Assembly: GCA_947584595.1 (NCBI GenBank)
Contig: CANPWP010000005.1
Span: 4,350 to 68,349, forward strand
DNA: 64,000 nucleotides
Source of the DNA: an uncultured Clostridia bacterium
GTDB lineage: Bacteria; Bacillota; Clostridia; Oscillospirales; Acutalibacteraceae
Direction: 5' to 3'
A program made the position numbers and the translations under genes. The notes below the pieces were generated by a model, which was not told where the DNA came from, searched no databases, and worked only from the letters and a program-made list of their open reading frames with translations. The stretch's first letter is position 1. Each line of letters starts with the position of its first letter. Shown piece after piece: positions 61,935-64,000 of the stretch.

Positions 61935-61950
61935 TGTTTCACGTGAAACA
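61935..61950. promoter_or_regulatory. parS site (perfect)
   Basis: TGTTTCACGTGAAACA; the palindrome extends to 22 bp (61932-61953). Confidence 0.95.
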
Positions 61951-61985
61951 TTTAAGCGCCGCAAATTTTTATATCCATAAAACGC

Positions 61986-62015
61986 CAAAGACCACACATC
62001 TCTGTGTGGCCTTTG
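61986..62015 (-). terminator. terminator-like hairpin downstream of noc
   Basis: CAAAG-CCACACA / TGTGTGG-CTTTG stem, followed by GCGTTTT on the minus strand. Confidence 0.65.
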
Positions 62016-62155
62016 ACAAGGGGTTTAGATAAGGAAATGGGTATGAGTGGAACGGGTGCTAAGCACCCAACTGGATGGTAAGTTTATACTAAACAATCAT
62101 TAAAAACATGATATAATATACTTAAAAGATATCCGCTCTTAATTGAAGTTTAGCG

Positions 62156-62992
62156 TTATGCAGTCTTATCGTTTGTGGAAGACTGATGTTTGGGAATTTT
62201 AATAGTGTATTCTATATAATCGCCGCTGTCTTCTTTTTTGCTGATTGCGTCAATTCCCGCAAGACGCATTGTGTCAACGGCTTTGCTGATAGTATTAATA
62301 AAAATTCTTATGTCCTTTACAACAAGCATTCGCTTTCCTGTCTTTTTTGTGACGACTGAATTTTGAGAAAGCATATGGGCAATCATTTCTTCCGATTGAC
62401 TAACATTAAGTTTCTCGGAAATCATTTTGCTTAACGCTTCTTTTCTTAATTCGCTGTCGTCAATTTTAAGTAGCGCCCTTGCATGGCGTTCTGATAGATT
62501 GGCTTGTACAATCCAATCCTGCTCTTCAAAGCTGAGTTTAAGCAGCCTTAGCTTGTTAGCAATTGTAGACTGTTTTTTACCCAGCTTTTTAGCAGCCTGC
62601 TCCTGGGTAAGACCGTAACGCCTTATGAGGCGGTTAATGCCTCTGGCTTCTTCAAAAAGTCCTAAGTCGCACCTTTGCAGGTTTTCGAGTAGAGCCAGAA
62701 CAGCAGACTCTTTATCAGAACATCTGATTTCTATGCAGGGAACTTTTGTAAGTCCCGCCATAACAGAGGCTCTGAGCCTGCGTTCTCCCGCAATTAGCTC
62801 ATACTCACCGGATTTTAGCTTTCTCACAGTTAAAGGCTGAAGAATGCCGTTTTCCGCAATAGACTGTGATAAAGCCTGTAATTCGGATTCTTCGAAAATC
62901 TTGCGAGGCTGAGTTTTGTTCGGACGAATTTTTATTGTTGATACCAGTATAATTTTATTGTCCCCTCGTGGCATTATATTCAACATACTCAC
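62156..62992 (-). CDS. noc: nucleoid occlusion protein Noc (ParB-like)
   Basis: ParB CTPase motif AGERRLRA; HTH GKKQSTIANKLRLLKL...SERHAR carries the Noc-type Q-K-K-R specificity residues. Confidence 0.88.
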   Translation of the reverse strand: MSMLNIMPRGDNKIILVSTIKIRPNKTQPRKIFEESELQALSQSIAENGILQPLTVRKLKSGEYELIAGERRLRASVMAGLTKVPCIEIRCSDKESAVLALLENLQRCDLGLFEEARGINRLIRRYGLTQEQAAKKLGKKQSTIANKLRLLKLSFEEQDWIVQANLSERHARALLKIDDSELRKEALSKMISEKLNVSQSEEMIAHMLSQNSVVTKKTGKRMLVVKDIRIFINTISKAVDTMRLAGIDAISKKEDSGDYIEYTIKIPKHQSSTNDKTA

Positions 62993-63415
62993 CTCACAGG
63001 ATTGTTATACTAATCTCAGTTTGAAGATGGAAAAGACAGACAATGTTCAGACTGAAATTAATATTAGGGGTTTGTCCCTTTCGGTGATATTATAATAACA
63101 CAGGGAAAGTGCATATGTTGTCGTTATTTGAGCAATTTTTATATAACCTTTTGGAAAGTTTTGACAAATAATGGAGTAAAAAGTATTTTTCGTACTGCAA
63201 AAAAATTTTTACAATTATTTTATTAAATTATTATATTTAAATTATCCGAATACTAAAAGCTTCATCTACTCTTGTCAACAGCATTTTAGAATGCTATAAT
63301 AATACAATAAAATAAAGGATAATTCTTTAACATATTTAAATATTAATGGAAGTTACACCATATTTTAAATTTAATTGATAAACTTTAAGTATTATTGTAC
63401 TTTAGGAGGATAACC

Positions 63416-64000
63416 ATGATATCGCTAATTTTAAATTCTGGACAAGGTACGAGAATGGGAGTGTTAACATCTGAACATCCAAAATGTATGACCGAAATAA
63501 CCTCAAATCAAACAATTATAAGCCGTCAGCTTAAACAACTATGCGAAGCGGGAATAGACAAAGTAATAATAACAACAGGATTGTTTGACAGTGTATTGGA
63601 GAATTACTGTAAAAGTCTTGAATTGCCAATAAATATTAAATTTGTGAAAAACCCAATGTATAAGGAAACAAATTATATTTATTCAATATATTGTGCAAAA
63701 GAATACCTTGATGACGATATAATTCTGATGCATGGAGATATCGTCTTTGAAAACGAAGTTCTTGATAAAGTTATTGAAAGTAAAACAAGTTGTATGACAG
63801 TAAGCAGTTCGGTTTTGCGTTCAGAAAAAGATTTTAAAGCAGTAATAAAGGATGGAAAAATTTCTAAAATAGGAGTAGAATATTTTAATAATGCAGTTGC
63901 CGCACAGCCTCTATATAAACTTAATCGTAAAGACTGGAAGGTTTGGCTTGATAAAATAACGGAATTTTGTGAGAATAATAATACAAAGTGTTATGCTGAA
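63416..64000 (+). CDS. LicC/PntC-family cytidylyltransferase (partial, runs off window end)
   Basis: SD AGGAGG; 195 open codons: MISLILNSGQGTRMGVLTSEHPKCM...NPMYKETNYIYS...MHGDIVFE. Not in the ORF track. Confidence 0.8.
   Translation, partial: MISLILNSGQGTRMGVLTSEHPKCMTEITSNQTIISRQLKQLCEAGIDKVIITTGLFDSVLENYCKSLELPINIKFVKNPMYKETNYIYSIYCAKEYLDDDIILMHGDIVFENEVLDKVIESKTSCMTVSSSVLRSEKDFKAVIKDGKISKIGVEYFNNAVAAQPLYKLNRKDWKVWLDKITEFCENNNTKCYAE

Overview
AT-rich spore-forming Firmicute chromosome segment spanning the replication origin. Type-I dockerins of the Ruminococcus bromii kind and the gene content suggest an Oscillospirales/Acutalibacteraceae-like organism (inference). Core content: nifJ (PFOR); nudF-ribF; comEA; a two-component pair; two tandem secreted CotH-kinase-dockerin genes; two ABC systems; spoVAE; hrcA-grpE-dnaK-dnaJ-prmA with a perfect CIRCE; rpsT; dnaA-dnaN-yaaA-recF-remB-gyrB-gyrA with three extra genes; rpmH-rnpA-yidD-yidC-jag-mnmE-mnmG-rsmG; guaB; noc-parA-parB-serS with two parS sites; and the start of a LicC/PntC-like cytidylyltransferase. 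I found no tRNA, rRNA, CRISPR array or transposase. Three things stand out. (1) DnaA has a rewritten DNA-recognition helix (GNRHYSTIIYT instead of GGRDHTTVxHA). The origin has textbook DnaA-trios but no TTATCCACA box; an NATTCAACA-like motif sits in the box position instead. This suggests a co-evolved, altered-specificity DnaA/oriC pair. (2) At least four families of non-coding palindromic dispersed elements occupy intergenic regions, including a nested insertion flanked by a 10-bp direct repeat and a 56-bp-period tandem array. (3) There are candidate small RNAs, an unannotated 49-aa protein, and an apparent inversion of the noc-parA-parB-serS-guaB block. All product calls come from recognised motifs and gene order; no database searches were run.
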